DNA of 64,000 bases, taken from sequence record NZ_CP027239.1; one strand, written 5' to 3'. The notes under the pieces are model-generated. The model saw only the letters and a list, made by a program, of their open reading frames with translations, did no database searches and was not told the DNA's origin. Source of the stretch: a plasmid. Position numbers and translations under genes: made by a program. Shown here piece by piece: positions 45,018 to 54,991 of the stretch; the stretch's first letter is position 1; each line of letters opens with the position of its first letter.

Positions 45018-46430
45018 CTACGCCTGCGGGAACAGGTCGTCGACGACAACCGCCAGGTCGTCGATCTTCGTTTGATCGGCGATGATCCGAGGCAGCTGAC
45101 GGATCTCCTCCGCGATAGCACGAACATGGCACACGATCGCGTCACGCTCGTGCAGCCCGACCTTGTCGAACAGCGGGATCGTGGCCGACTCCCGATCCAT
45201 CCGCGCACCGTAGATCGACAGCAGCACCGGAATCGTCGTCCCCTCCGGCATCTTGAGTGCCTTCTCGATCTGGCTCGCCTCCCACGACGTCGACGATGCC
45301 AGGGCGGCACTGGCCGGGAAGCCGTTGAGATACCACTCTCCGACCCTCGTGGGCTTGCCCGCGAACTCGGAGACACGGAACACCTCGTAGGCCCTCTGAC
45401 GGGCCTCCAGGGCCGCAGGAGACAGTGCCTCATCCGGATGGTCCGGCGGCGCGGCATCGTCAGCCGCCTCCGCCGCCTTCACCGCCGCCTCCTGCAAAGG
45501 CACCTGAGTCGGATCCGTCGACGGCACCACGGAATCGTCGACGGTCTCGAAATCCAACTCCCGGTAGGTCATTTCCCCGGTCCTGTACTTGGAGTCCACC
45601 AGCGCCACCCCGTGTGGGCCGATCACGATGTGGTCCAGGTCGGCGTTCGAGGCGGGGATGCGACGGGAGTGCAGGACGATGTACTCCGCCCCCAGCTTGG
45701 ACAATTCCTCAGCCGTCGCCTGCTCCGCTTCGATACCGACCTCGATGTTGCGCACCGACATCGGCGGCGGGATGCGCACCCCCAGAGACATCGACTCGAC
45801 GGGCATGGCCGCCGTCTGGATCTGCGACCGGGACTTCGCTTGCATCACCCGCTGGTCCGCGGCACGGTCAGCGACGGCCCACGCCAGCACAGAGCACAGC
45901 ACCAGCGCCAGGACCGGGGGCGCGAACGTGATCCACTGCGTCAAGAACATCAGCGCGACCGTGGTCCACTGGCCGGCAGCCATGACCGGAACGACCGGCA
46001 AGCGGGTGCGGCGCCGGTTGATCGGCGTCAGAGTCACCCCAATCGCGGCGACCGCGATGAGGGCCTCCAGCCAGGTGACGTCGATCTGGAACGCCACCGC
46101 GGTAGTGGCGATCGCCGCGCCCGCCGCCGATCCGAGCAGGACCGACGCGCCCCGGGTCGCCGTGTAGAACCGAGCGACTACCGCGATCAGCAGAGCTCCG
46201 CCGCCGACCCAAGCAGCGGCCAGGGAGTGCCCCGTCGCGACCAGAACCACCATGGCGACAACCGCAGCGATCGCCACGAACAGCACCCCGTAGAGGATGG
46301 ACTGCAGGCGTTCGTAGCGATCGCGGTCGCTCAGGATCCCGCGCAGTGAGCCAGCGACGTCGGCGAGCTTGTCCCCGCGTGCGCTGTCCCCGCGGGTGCT
46401 GAGGATGTCCGGTGTAGTCATGGCGATCAC
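45018..46430 (-). CDS. NERD (nuclease-related) domain protein with an N-terminal polytopic membrane domain.
   Basis: AAGGTGA SD. About 6 TM helices. NERD motif LGAEYIVLHSRRIPASNADLDHIVIGPHGVALVDSKYRTGE. Confidence 0.55.
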   Translation of the reverse strand: MIAMTTPDILSTRGDSARGDKLADVAGSLRGILSDRDRYERLQSILYGVLFVAIAAVVAMVVLVATGHSLAAAWVGGGALLIAVVARFYTATRGASVLLGSAAGAAIATTAVAFQIDVTWLEALIAVAAIGVTLTPINRRRTRLPVVPVMAAGQWTTVALMFLTQWITFAPPVLALVLCSVLAWAVADRAADQRVMQAKSRSQIQTAAMPVESMSLGVRIPPPMSVRNIEVGIEAEQATAEELSKLGAEYIVLHSRRIPASNADLDHIVIGPHGVALVDSKYRTGEMTYRELDFETVDDSVVPSTDPTQVPLQEAAVKAAEAADDAAPPDHPDEALSPAALEARQRAYEVFRVSEFAGKPTRVGEWYLNGFPASAALASSTSWEASQIEKALKMPEGTTIPVLLSIYGARMDRESATIPLFDKVGLHERDAIVCHVRAIAEEIRQLPRIIADQTKIDDLAVVVDDLFPQA

Positions 46431-46482
46431 CTTAAGCGGCGCCTATGCCGGTGTGGTGTGGGCGTGACCTGGGGCCGAGGTG

Positions 46483-47103
46483 TCAGCGGCGGACGGGAAG
46501 TCGCTCACCGAACTGGATGTCGTCAACGCGCCACACACCGTCCACCTTGCGGACATCGAGATAGTGCACCACTCGGAACTGGCCGATCTTCGAGCCGTTC
46601 CCGGCGGTGACGTATTCGTCGACCTCGACGGCGCGACGCCACCTGTCGGGCTCATCCTCCGGGTGCTCCTCGACCATGATGTGCGCCTCTGCGGCGATCG
46701 TCGCGTCTCGCTCCAGCCATTCGGACCACTGCATGGACGGACGTGCCGAGCTGCTGTCGACGATCAGTGCGTCGCGCAGCTTGCCGGTCATCAGGTCCGC
46801 GGCCCGGGCGAACGAGTCCCCAGATCGGGGTTCGACGGTGGTGTCGCGGGTGTGAATGATGCGGATGGTCTCCAACGCGACTTGCTCCGGGTCGGTGTCG
46901 TCCACGTCGGAGCTCGCCGCGTCTGGCAGGTCGGCGCCAGGTTCGCGGCTCGGCCACTGTGGCTGGGGTGAGCTCGTCGGGCCACTGGAGGACAGGATCG
47001 GGGCCGATGGGGGCGCCTCGGGCTCGTCGGGGCTGCCGCACCCGGCAAGTGCCAGCGCCGCCGCCACCGCGCCGAGGAGGCTGATTCTGCTCTTCTGGTT
47101 CAT
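46483..47103 (-). CDS. Lipoprotein, hypothetical.
   Basis: GAGGGAGA SD. Signal peptide with lipobox LALAGC. Confidence 0.55.
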   Translation of the reverse strand: MNQKSRISLLGAVAAALALAGCGSPDEPEAPPSAPILSSSGPTSSPQPQWPSREPGADLPDAASSDVDDTDPEQVALETIRIIHTRDTTVEPRSGDSFARAADLMTGKLRDALIVDSSSARPSMQWSEWLERDATIAAEAHIMVEEHPEDEPDRWRRAVEVDEYVTAGNGSKIGQFRVVHYLDVRKVDGVWRVDDIQFGERLPVRR

Positions 47104-47142
47104 GCGGGCAATCGTCTCCCTCGTTGTTGCCGCCGTGGTGCG

Positions 47143-50100
47143 CTAGGCGGCCTCGGGGGCGGGCTCGAGGTCGTCAGCGGTGAAGCGCATCACGACGGAG
47201 TCGTCGGCCCACCGTTGGAACTCTCCGACGGGGACTCCGTCCATCTGCGCCTCGTAGTAGGACACCCCGGGCTCGGCGACGAACGCCACGTGTTCGGGGC
47301 CGTTGCCCTCGAAGCGGGAGAACACCACGTCACCGGGTCTGGCCTCGTCCACGGGAACTTCTTGACCGACTTCTAGCTGCGCCTTTGTGCCGTGGGGAAC
47401 GATGTAACCGATGTCGCGGAACGCGATCGAAATGAGGCCGCTGCAATCGAGCCCGGCCGGGGTCTTGCCTCCCCACACGTACGGCACCCCCTCGTACTTG
47501 CGGGCGGCTTCCAGTGCCATCGCCCCGATGTCGCCGCGGCTGGCGGCACGACTGCCGGAGGGCTTCTTGGACCTGCCCGAGCCTGCCTGGCCCGTGCCCG
47601 CGAACTTCTCCCGGCCGGCCATGATTTTCGCGACGTACGGCTGGGTCTGGGTCGTGTAGTCGCCGCCGGAGGGCATGCCTCCCGCGTTCTGCACTGCGCC
47701 GGGGCCGGCGTTGTAGGCAGCGATCGTCAGCTCCATCAGGTCGCCCTTGACGCTGCCGTCGTCGATCCACCCGCTGATCTGGTCACTGAGTGCGCACATG
47801 AAGTCCGCTTGGGCCATGACCGCGTCACTGATCTTGAACGGGTCGCCCGTACCCACCGGCCCTGTCGGCTTGCCGTTCTCGTCTCGGGGGCTGCCCCACT
47901 GCGGCCAGGTGTAGGGCATGAACTGGGCCGGGCCCTGCGCTCCGACCCAGCTCTCAGCCCTGGGATTAAAACCGGATTCGGCGTCCAGCTGCGCCGCCAG
48001 CAACGGCGCGTCGATGGCATCGCAGACCTGAGCACCGAGCTCGATCCACTTCACGAACTCGGGCGGCACCGCCCCGTCGTTCAGCGCCTGCCCGGCACCC
48101 ACTGCGCAGCCGGCCTGCTCCTTCGGCAGTCGCTCCAGGCGGCGCCCGGCCTGCGCGTTCTCGTCGTCCCACAGTTCATCGACGATGCCCGCGGCCAGCG
48201 GCTCCCACCGCTCGAGCTCCTGCTCCAGAGCGGCCCGCTCCGGGTACATCTCGATCAGGACGTCCTGGCCGGGCTCGTCCGCCCATCCCGGCCGATCTGC
48301 TGCGACCTCCTCGAGCCGGTCCATGAACGTCTTCGCGGCCCGCATCGGGTCCATCAGCTGCTGCTGCGAGGTTCCCGCGAACGGGGCCTGCGCGAAGATG
48401 CCGACCTTGTTGACGTTGTCGTCGGCGTCCATGTTGATGAAGTTGGCCTGGTGGCCGGACAGCATCACGGCCAGGACTGCGGCCTGCGCCTGGTTGTCCA
48501 GATCCGACTCCTTGGCCTTGACGATGATCGCCTTGATGGTGATCTGCTGCTCGGGGGTCAGATCCATCGACAGGAGCTCATCGTCGCTGCCGCTGAGCCG
48601 CGCCGAACTCCGGTCCTCGGATCGTTCTGGGCCGTCCCCCAACGACTCGTAGCTGGTGTCTGCGTTGGGGGCGCCGTTGCCTTGGAACGACACGTGGACG
48701 TGGTCCATGTGGTTCTGCGTCGGGTCACCCTCGTCTGCCATGTCAGACCACTGGCCGCCCTCCCAGTAGCGCTGCTGCCAGATCACCGACACGACGTTGA
48801 GGTCCTCGGCGTGCTCGATGAAGTAGTCAGCGATGCGGTCACCGAGCTCACGGCCTCCGCTGTCCATGGGAACCATGGCGTCAATGGCTCGGCCTGAAGG
48901 GTGGTCGGTGCTGCCGCCGCCGTTCGATCGCCAGCCGCCGATGGTCTTGACCTCTGGGAACTGCGCGACCACCGTGCGCATGCCGCGTACCGCGTCTACC
49001 TGGAGCTGGTCCTCTGACCCGACCTCGGCAGGGGTTGGGGGCAGTTCACGGCCACGGTTATCGTCGTCGCTGCCGCTCACGAAGGTGCCCGGCGGTGCTG
49101 GCTTGAGCTCCCGCAGTTCCGGGTAGGTTCCGCTGGTGCAGGCAGGCCACGCTGACCAGCCCTGCTCGGCGAGAACCTTGTTGGCGACCTCCATCTGCTG
49201 TTCGCGGGTCGCCTGACCGGCCGTGGGGGCGTACTCGGTGCCACCGAACGCCGTCCAGGTCTCGAGGGCGAACTGTAGCCCGCCTGAGTACCCGTTGCCG
49301 GTGTCGATTGACCAGTTGCCTCCCGACTCGCACTGCGCGAGTTTGTCCCAGTCCGCGGCCGTGACGGTGCCGGCGGGCTGGCCGTCGCCACGGTCTTGAC
49401 GGTTCGCCACCTGCCGCGACCTGGTCTCGGAGCCCTCGTCTTCATCGTCCCGGTCTTCCGGTTCGGGGGCCTGCTCGCGTAGCCGGTCGAGCCACGGTTT
49501 CGGGTCCACTCCCGCCCCCTGGGCCCACCCTCCCGGGTACACGCCGAAGTGCAGGTGGGCCCCGGTGGAGAAGCCTTCGTTGCCGATGTCGGCAATGTGC
49601 TGTCCGGCCTCAACCTGGTCGCCAGCCTGGACGTGCAGCCCATCCGACTGCATGTGCCCGTACAGACTGTCGACGATCTCCCCGTCGATCTCGTGCTCGA
49701 TGATGATCCAGTTGCCGTATCCCGAGGCCGGGCCGGATTCCTTCACCACGCCGTCAGCCACGGCGTAGATGGGGGTGCCGATGGGTCCGCCGAAGTCCAG
49801 CCCGTCGTGGACGGATCCCCAGCGGGGCCCGAACGGTGATGTCTCCGGGATGTCGGGATCCACCGGGTAACCCATCTGCCCGTTGCCGCGGGTGGGGCGC
49901 GGCGCGTCGGCCCCGCCTCCACGGGCGTTCGCCTCAACGCACTGACCTGCATTGAACGGGGCGGTGGAGCTGATGATTCCGCCGAGCACGGCCGAGGACA
50001 CGACGTTGACGATGGTGAACGCCACGAAGGTCAGGGCGACCAGGAAGGCCGCGATCGCCGCGTAGATGATGCGGCGCCGGCGCTTCTTCTTGGCCTTCTC

Positions 50101-50280
50101 GTCCGGGGAGTCCAGCGGGCTCGGCAGCAGCGCCAAGGCGGCCTTGCCGACACCTCCGGTCGATACCGCGACGGCACCCTCCGCTGCCCGCTTCGCCTGC
50201 TTCCTCCCGGCCGACGCCGCCGCACCCGACGCTCGACCGCGACGGTCGGGTCCGGGTGTGGGGCGTCCGGGGCGAGTCAC
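47143..50280 (-). CDS. Multi-domain peptidoglycan hydrolase of the conjugation apparatus: N-terminal TM anchor, M23 peptidase, Rpf-like lysozyme-fold domain, SLT lytic transglycosylase and C-terminal NlpC/P60 peptidase.
   Basis: GTG start with GAAAGGTAG SD. M23 region HDGLDFGG...GNWIIIEHE...[10 protein letters not shown]. Rpf-like [26 protein letters not shown] region AQFMPYTW...[10 protein letters not shown]. NlpC/P60 region GLDCSGLI...HVAFV. Confidence 0.85.
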   Translation of the reverse strand: MTRPGRPTPGPDRRGRASGAAASAGRKQAKRAAEGAVAVSTGGVGKAALALLPSPLDSPDEKAKKKRRRRIIYAAIAAFLVALTFVAFTIVNVVSSAVLGGIISSTAPFNAGQCVEANARGGGADAPRPTRGNGQMGYPVDPDIPETSPFGPRWGSVHDGLDFGGPIGTPIYAVADGVVKESGPASGYGNWIIIEHEIDGEIVDSLYGHMQSDGLHVQAGDQVEAGQHIADIGNEGFSTGAHLHFGVYPGGWAQGAGVDPKPWLDRLREQAPEPEDRDDEDEGSETRSRQVANRQDRGDGQPAGTVTAADWDKLAQCESGGNWSIDTGNGYSGGLQFALETWTAFGGTEYAPTAGQATREQQMEVANKVLAEQGWSAWPACTSGTYPELRELKPAPPGTFVSGSDDDNRGRELPPTPAEVGSEDQLQVDAVRGMRTVVAQFPEVKTIGGWRSNGGGSTDHPSGRAIDAMVPMDSGGRELGDRIADYFIEHAEDLNVVSVIWQQRYWEGGQWSDMADEGDPTQNHMDHVHVSFQGNGAPNADTSYESLGDGPERSEDRSSARLSGSDDELLSMDLTPEQQITIKAIIVKAKESDLDNQAQAAVLAVMLSGHQANFINMDADDNVNKVGIFAQAPFAGTSQQQLMDPMRAAKTFMDRLEEVAADRPGWADEPGQDVLIEMYPERAALEQELERWEPLAAGIVDELWDDENAQAGRRLERLPKEQAGCAVGAGQALNDGAVPPEFVKWIELGAQVCDAIDAPLLAAQLDAESGFNPRAESWVGAQGPAQFMPYTWPQWGSPRDENGKPTGPVGTGDPFKISDAVMAQADFMCALSDQISGWIDDGSVKGDLMELTIAAYNAGPGAVQNAGGMPSGGDYTTQTQPYVAKIMAGREKFAGTGQAGSGRSKKPSGSRAASRGDIGAMALEAARKYEGVPYVWGGKTPAGLDCSGLISIAFRDIGYIVPHGTKAQLEVGQEVPVDEARPGDVVFSRFEGNGPEHVAFVAEPGVSYYEAQMDGVPVGEFQRWADDSVVMRFTADDLEPAPEAA

Positions 50281-50307
50281 CAGTTACTACCTTTCGCGGT
50301 CAGCCCC

Positions 50308-50943
50308 TCAGGGGGACAGTGAAGAAAGACGAGGAGGGAACGGCGCCTTGGCGTCGGCTTCCCGGGCTCCCAGCACGAGCGGGACTCGGCGCCCGTCGGT
50401 TTCGACAGCTACGTCGTAGGTCTTGCTCTCCACCCGGCCCTCGTCCGCTCGCGCGTCAGCGTGATACAGGTGCCGCTCGACCGTGATTCGGGCGATGGAC
50501 GTCGACTCGTTGACCTCCGCGACCTGCATGTCTCCGCGCCGCTGGCACCCGATCGCCTGGGTCTCGGTGTTCCACGCCCACGACCAGGAGTCGGTGAACG
50601 CGATCCGCTGCTGCTGCACGAACTCCTCGGTCGCCAAGCCAGACCACGAGTCGAACCACTCCCGCTGCGGCTGTTGCGCGAAGGTGCGGTAGCACGCCCA
50701 GTTGATCGTGAACTTCTCCACCGCCAGCTCGACGGCCTCGCGGTCGTCTCCCGGAACCGGTGTCGGCTCAGGCAAGGGAGTGCCGTCCATGCCCGGGGAC
50801 GGCTGCGCAGCCTGCGTCGACGTCTGCAGCTGCGCCGTGGTCGTCCCGACCTCGGCCTCATCGCCTGCGCCGCCACCGGAGCAGCCGGCGAGCGCGATCA
50901 CTGCGGCGCCCGTCGCGGCCACCAATGCTGCTTGCCGCCTCAT
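50308..50943 (-). CDS. Lipoprotein, hypothetical (start at MRRQAALVAATGAAVIALAGC).
   Basis: GGGAAGGG SD. Lipobox LAGC. The track ORF N-extension is rejected. Confidence 0.55.
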   Translation of the reverse strand: MRRQAALVAATGAAVIALAGCSGGGAGDEAEVGTTTAQLQTSTQAAQPSPGMDGTPLPEPTPVPGDDREAVELAVEKFTINWACYRTFAQQPQREWFDSWSGLATEEFVQQQRIAFTDSWSWAWNTETQAIGCQRRGDMQVAEVNESTSIARITVERHLYHADARADEGRVESKTYDVAVETDGRRVPLVLGAREADAKAPFPPRLSSLSP

Positions 50944-51221
50944 CGCCGCGCCCTTCCCGTTGTCGCCCCTGGTTGATGGGTCCGGTTCCGTCGATCTGCC
51001 AGGTTGTGCTTCGCGCGCCCACCGGCAGCGATCACCGTCGTCATGACCACGTCCAACAGCAGGGCCGCGATCATCACCAGGGACGCGGCCGTCAGCAGGT
51101 GCCGCACTTGCTCCGTGCCTGGTTCCCACCCGGCGAGCAGGACGATCAGGGCGCCCCAGATGAGCCACCGGACCGCGGGTAGGGCGAGCAGCGATCTGGT
51201 GCCGCCGCAGCGGGCACTCAC
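50940..51221 (-). CDS. Small membrane protein, translationally coupled to its neighbours.
   Basis: Two TM helices. ATGA-type overlaps at both ends. Confidence 0.4.
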   Translation of the reverse strand: MSARCGGTRSLLALPAVRWLIWGALIVLLAGWEPGTEQVRHLLTAASLVMIAALLLDVVMTTVIAAGGRAKHNLADRRNRTHQPGATTGRARR

Positions 51222-51763
51222 AGGATCACCCCGGCGATGGCCATGATCACGCCGACGACGACGGCCATCCCGACCAGCAGGAACTGGACCGGGATCCCGA
51301 ACAGGCGGTAGTCCTGGCCCATCCAGGTCTTCACCGCCAGCGGGTCCGTCAGGCGCCCCACCCTGTTGACGGGGACAGCGTTGCTCCCGTCGTCGTCTTC
51401 GTCGTCGTATCCGTCGTAGTCGCCTCGGCGCCCGTCCAGGGGGAAGTCCTCGATGTCGTTACCTTCGGCCTCCCACTCGGCGATCTGCTGCGCCAGCTGC
51501 ACGTCCTCGAGCTGGCGCAGCAGTGCCCGCACTTCCATCGGGCCCAACCCGACGTACACCGTGCCCAGCCGGCCCTCCAGGTCTCCGACGAGCAGCTCCA
51601 TGACCGACGCGTGGGGGTCGTCCTCATCGAGCAGGATGTCCACGCTCGCGGCGTCGTTGGCCCACACGGGCGCCTGCGGCGCCGAGGCCACACCGTTGCC
51701 GGGGCCAGCCTCACCACCAGCAGTCGGATTGCCCGGCTGGTCCACCATGTCGTCACTGGTCAT
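51218..51763 (-). CDS. Acidic tail-anchored membrane protein.
   Basis: D/E-rich body. Single C-terminal TM helix (FLLVGMAVVVGVIMAIAGVIL). Confidence 0.5.
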   Translation of the reverse strand: MTSDDMVDQPGNPTAGGEAGPGNGVASAPQAPVWANDAASVDILLDEDDPHASVMELLVGDLEGRLGTVYVGLGPMEVRALLRQLEDVQLAQQIAEWEAEGNDIEDFPLDGRRGDYDGYDDEDDDGSNAVPVNRVGRLTDPLAVKTWMGQDYRLFGIPVQFLLVGMAVVVGVIMAIAGVIL

Positions 51764-51812
51764 CGTTGGTCCTCACGTCGTTGCGTCAGCCAGGCCTTCG
51801 GGCCGGTGATGG

Positions 51813-54800
51813 TCACTGGTTGCCCCTGGGAGGCCTGTTGACTGGGCCGGTCAATCCGAACTGGCGAGCAGTTCTCTCCTGATGCTTGAACCCGTCCCGC
51901 TGGGCTTGCCGTGCGACCCGCTCGGCGCGGATCTGCTCCCGAGCGGCCGCCCGGGCCTGCCGCCGCTGCTTCTCCAGGTCCTTCTCTGCGTCGCGGTCGG
52001 CCCGGCCAGCCTGGAACGCGGCATCGTTGCCGCCCTTCATGCCCCGCATCTGGTCGCGGGCCGACATGCTCATCGCGTCACGAGCGGAGCCGGTGACCTT
52101 GGTGATGCCATGCCCGGCGCGCCGAGCCCCGTAGGCGGTTACTGCGCCGACTTCTCGAGCGCCGGAGACCGTTCCTGCCGCGGCCACCCGCGCCTTATCG
52201 CCCACGCTCGCCGTGCCGTCACTGATACGTGCGCGTGCCGCTTCGGTTTTCGCGGTCGCCTTGTCGACAGCGGGGCGGGCCGCCCACTCCGCGCCCTGCC
52301 GGCCCTGACTCGCCGCCCAGCTGCCCGCGCGGCCGGTCGCCTTCGCACCGCCGATGGTTGCTGCTCGTCCCGCGCGCGCTCCGCTTCGAGCCACCGAACT
52401 GGCAGCCGATCCGGCGGCACCCATCGCCGCCCCACCGGCCTTGGACCCGGCCTTGTAGCCGGCGTAGCCCACCACTGCCGCGGGCGCCGCGCCAGCGATC
52501 CGCCCGTAGCGGGCCACGTTGGGGGCCTTGTCTGCGGCCGAGTTCTGGATCTTCTGGATCAGCATCCACGTGGCGACCAGCACCAAGATGGTCCACAGGA
52601 TCTTGATGCCGGTGTTGATCTGCATCGCGAACACGATGGAGATGACCCAGATCATCAGCGTCATGGCGAAGCCGTACAGGACCCGTTGCGCGAACGTCGA
52701 CAGCACGTTCGCGAGCCACTCCTGCGCGACCTTCGCCTTGCCGGGGTATACCGCCCACAGCAGCTGGAACAGGCCCATGACGAACAGGGCCCACAGCCAG
52801 GCGTGCCACATCAGGGTGATCACGCCCATGCTGCCCAGCCCGATTCCGGTGACGACGACACCGATGATCGACGAGAAGGCCTGCGCCACGTGGGGGAAAG
52901 AGCCCTGGCCGCGGTAGGCGGCGACGATGTCGGTGGCCTCGCTCGGGTACATGCCGCCGCCGTTTTCGGCCTGGTAGTACAGGTCGGAGGCGACCGCGTG
53001 GTACGGCTCGCAGCGGGCGAGAACCTCGTAGTCAACCTCGTCGTCACCGGTGTCGACGCCGGCGTCGTCCAGGCATGCCTGCATCCTGGCCGCGATGCTG
53101 GGGCCTCCCGCCTGGGCGATCAGGTACGACCGCATGTCGCCACAGCCGATGCCGTTGAAGTCGGGGACGTTGTTGTAGCAGGGCAGTCCGGCTTCTTCGC
53201 TTCCGCCGCTGCCCTGGTCCATGGCGGGTTCTGCGTCGACTCGGGGGTCGGAGAACCTGGTCGCTTCGGTAGCGGTCGGGATCGGGTTTGCTCCGGCCAG
53301 CCCGAACTGTCCGATCGCCCATGGCTTGTACGCCAAGGACTCGGCGAGGATGCAGGAGGTGATCCGCTGCCCCGGCGCCACCGGGGAGACGTCGGAGCCT
53401 GCGGAGGTGGGCCGCTGGCACATGGACACCTCGTTGGTGTCGACCATCGAGAACACCGCCTCAGCGAAGGCGTTGTTGAGCCCTCCGGCCGTGGTGTCGA
53501 GGAACTCGGCCGTCATGTAGAAGCCGTTGCTGTTGGGGTTGTCCCAGCTGGCTGCCGCGACGCCCATGTAGGTGAACCCCGCCAGGACACACACCAGCAG
53601 TGATCCGGCGACGTCGCCGAGGCCTTGGCGCAGTCCCTCGTTGCCGCGGGTGGCCCTGATGCCGATGGCCAGGCCGGCGACCATGAACATGACGCCGGCC
53701 ATGGGCAGGAAGAACATCGAGAACACTTCGGCGACCAGGGGGTTGGCCCGGTCGTACAGCATCTCTAGAGGGTTCGCTACCTGCGACCATTCCTTGAACG
53801 CCAGGGTGGTTTGCAGCCCGTAGACGGTGACCTTGAACAGCATGTTGCCGGTCATCACCGACACCCATTGGGGGAAGCTGCACATGGAGTCGCCCATGTT
53901 GTCTTTCTGCCAGTTCACCCATTTGAGTCCGCGTAGACCGGCGATCTCGTACAGCGTGTAGTCCTCGAGAGAGAAGTTTGTCGCGCTGCTCGCTTTGGTG
54001 AAGTTGGTGGCCACGTCGGCGTACCGCGGGGGTTGCTCATTCGCGGGCAGGCCGGGCTTCTCGGCACCTCCGAAGTTGATGTTGGAGATCATGTTCTCCG
54101 GACCCGTCCCGATCGGCTCGTTGGACAGGTTCGGGGCCGACATTGAACAGGTGACGTCGTCCATCATTCCGCCGACGGCCCTGGTGAACGCGTTTCCGTT
54201 GGCGGTGCCGGGGTTGACCAGCGCCAGGGACAGTCCCATGAGTCCGACGACGAGGCTCACCGCCGCCGCTCGCAGCGCGCGGCGCCACCCGCGCGGCCGG
54301 GCCTCCGGTGCGACCTTGCGGATCCGCAGCCCCACCGCCGTCAGGGCCGCCACCATGCCGACCAGGACGACGACACCGCGCCAGCTCGTTCCGGTGGACC
54401 ACACCGCCGAGGGCAGGGTGGCCAGCATGACGCTGTGGCCGACTGTGGCTGTCCATCCTCGGTGCACGCCCGTGGACGGCATGAGCCAGGCGCACGCCGA
54501 CACCGCGAGGAACACCGCCGGGTAGACCAGGGCGAGCTCGTCGACGCCGATGAGCATCCACACCGGGTTCATCGCGGTGGCGGTGATCATCACCAAGCTG
54601 GTCGCCGCAACGGTGGAGGCGATCGTGCCGGTCAACTGGGGCGCGGTGCGGTAGCCGACGACGGTTCCGGCGATGGCGACTGCCACGACACCGAACACGA
54701 CCAGGCCCGCGGTGCCGGCGACAGCGTGGGCGTGCCACAGCAGCACCGCCGCAACCCCGACGGCCAGGATTGCCTGGTAGATCGCCCGGGCGTGCCGGTC

Positions 54801-54857
54801 CACCCACGCCAGGGCGCGGTCCGGTCCGGCGATCAGGGCCGCAGCAGTACGGGCCAC
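51813..54857 (-). CDS. Large polytopic membrane protein of the transfer apparatus (VirB6/TrbL/TcpH-like candidate) with a roughly 270-aa Ala/Gly/Arg/Lys-rich C-terminal tail.
   Basis: GTG start with GAGGAGG SD. More than 12 predicted TM helices across about 740 aa. Low-complexity tail (AGYKAGSKAGGAAMGAAGSAASS...). Positioned between the VirB4 gene and the hydrolase gene, as TcpH is in Gram-positive T4SS loci. Confidence 0.6.
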   Translation of the reverse strand: MARTAAALIAGPDRALAWVDRHARAIYQAILAVGVAAVLLWHAHAVAGTAGLVVFGVVAVAIAGTVVGYRTAPQLTGTIASTVAATSLVMITATAMNPVWMLIGVDELALVYPAVFLAVSACAWLMPSTGVHRGWTATVGHSVMLATLPSAVWSTGTSWRGVVVLVGMVAALTAVGLRIRKVAPEARPRGWRRALRAAAVSLVVGLMGLSLALVNPGTANGNAFTRAVGGMMDDVTCSMSAPNLSNEPIGTGPENMISNINFGGAEKPGLPANEQPPRYADVATNFTKASSATNFSLEDYTLYEIAGLRGLKWVNWQKDNMGDSMCSFPQWVSVMTGNMLFKVTVYGLQTTLAFKEWSQVANPLEMLYDRANPLVAEVFSMFFLPMAGVMFMVAGLAIGIRATRGNEGLRQGLGDVAGSLLVCVLAGFTYMGVAAASWDNPNSNGFYMTAEFLDTTAGGLNNAFAEAVFSMVDTNEVSMCQRPTSAGSDVSPVAPGQRITSCILAESLAYKPWAIGQFGLAGANPIPTATEATRFSDPRVDAEPAMDQGSGGSEEAGLPCYNNVPDFNGIGCGDMRSYLIAQAGGPSIAARMQACLDDAGVDTGDDEVDYEVLARCEPYHAVASDLYYQAENGGGMYPSEATDIVAAYRGQGSFPHVAQAFSSIIGVVVTGIGLGSMGVITLMWHAWLWALFVMGLFQLLWAVYPGKAKVAQEWLANVLSTFAQRVLYGFAMTLMIWVISIVFAMQINTGIKILWTILVLVATWMLIQKIQNSAADKAPNVARYGRIAGAAPAAVVGYAGYKAGSKAGGAAMGAAGSAASSVARSGARAGRAATIGGAKATGRAGSWAASQGRQGAEWAARPAVDKATAKTEAARARISDGTASVGDKARVAAAGTVSGAREVGAVTAYGARRAGHGITKVTGSARDAMSMSARDQMRGMKGGNDAAFQAGRADRDAEKDLEKQRRQARAAAREQIRAERVARQAQRDGFKHQERTARQFGLTGPVNRPPRGNQ

Positions 54858-54991
54858 GTGGTGCCTCCTCGTCGCCCGCAGGAGTCCACGCTCGACGCTC
54901 CCTGGGGCTCAGTTTGTTCCGATAGGGAAGATCGTCCCATGTGGGCATGCCGCGCAGCGCTCACCGGACTCTGCGGCGGGCGACTATGCGG

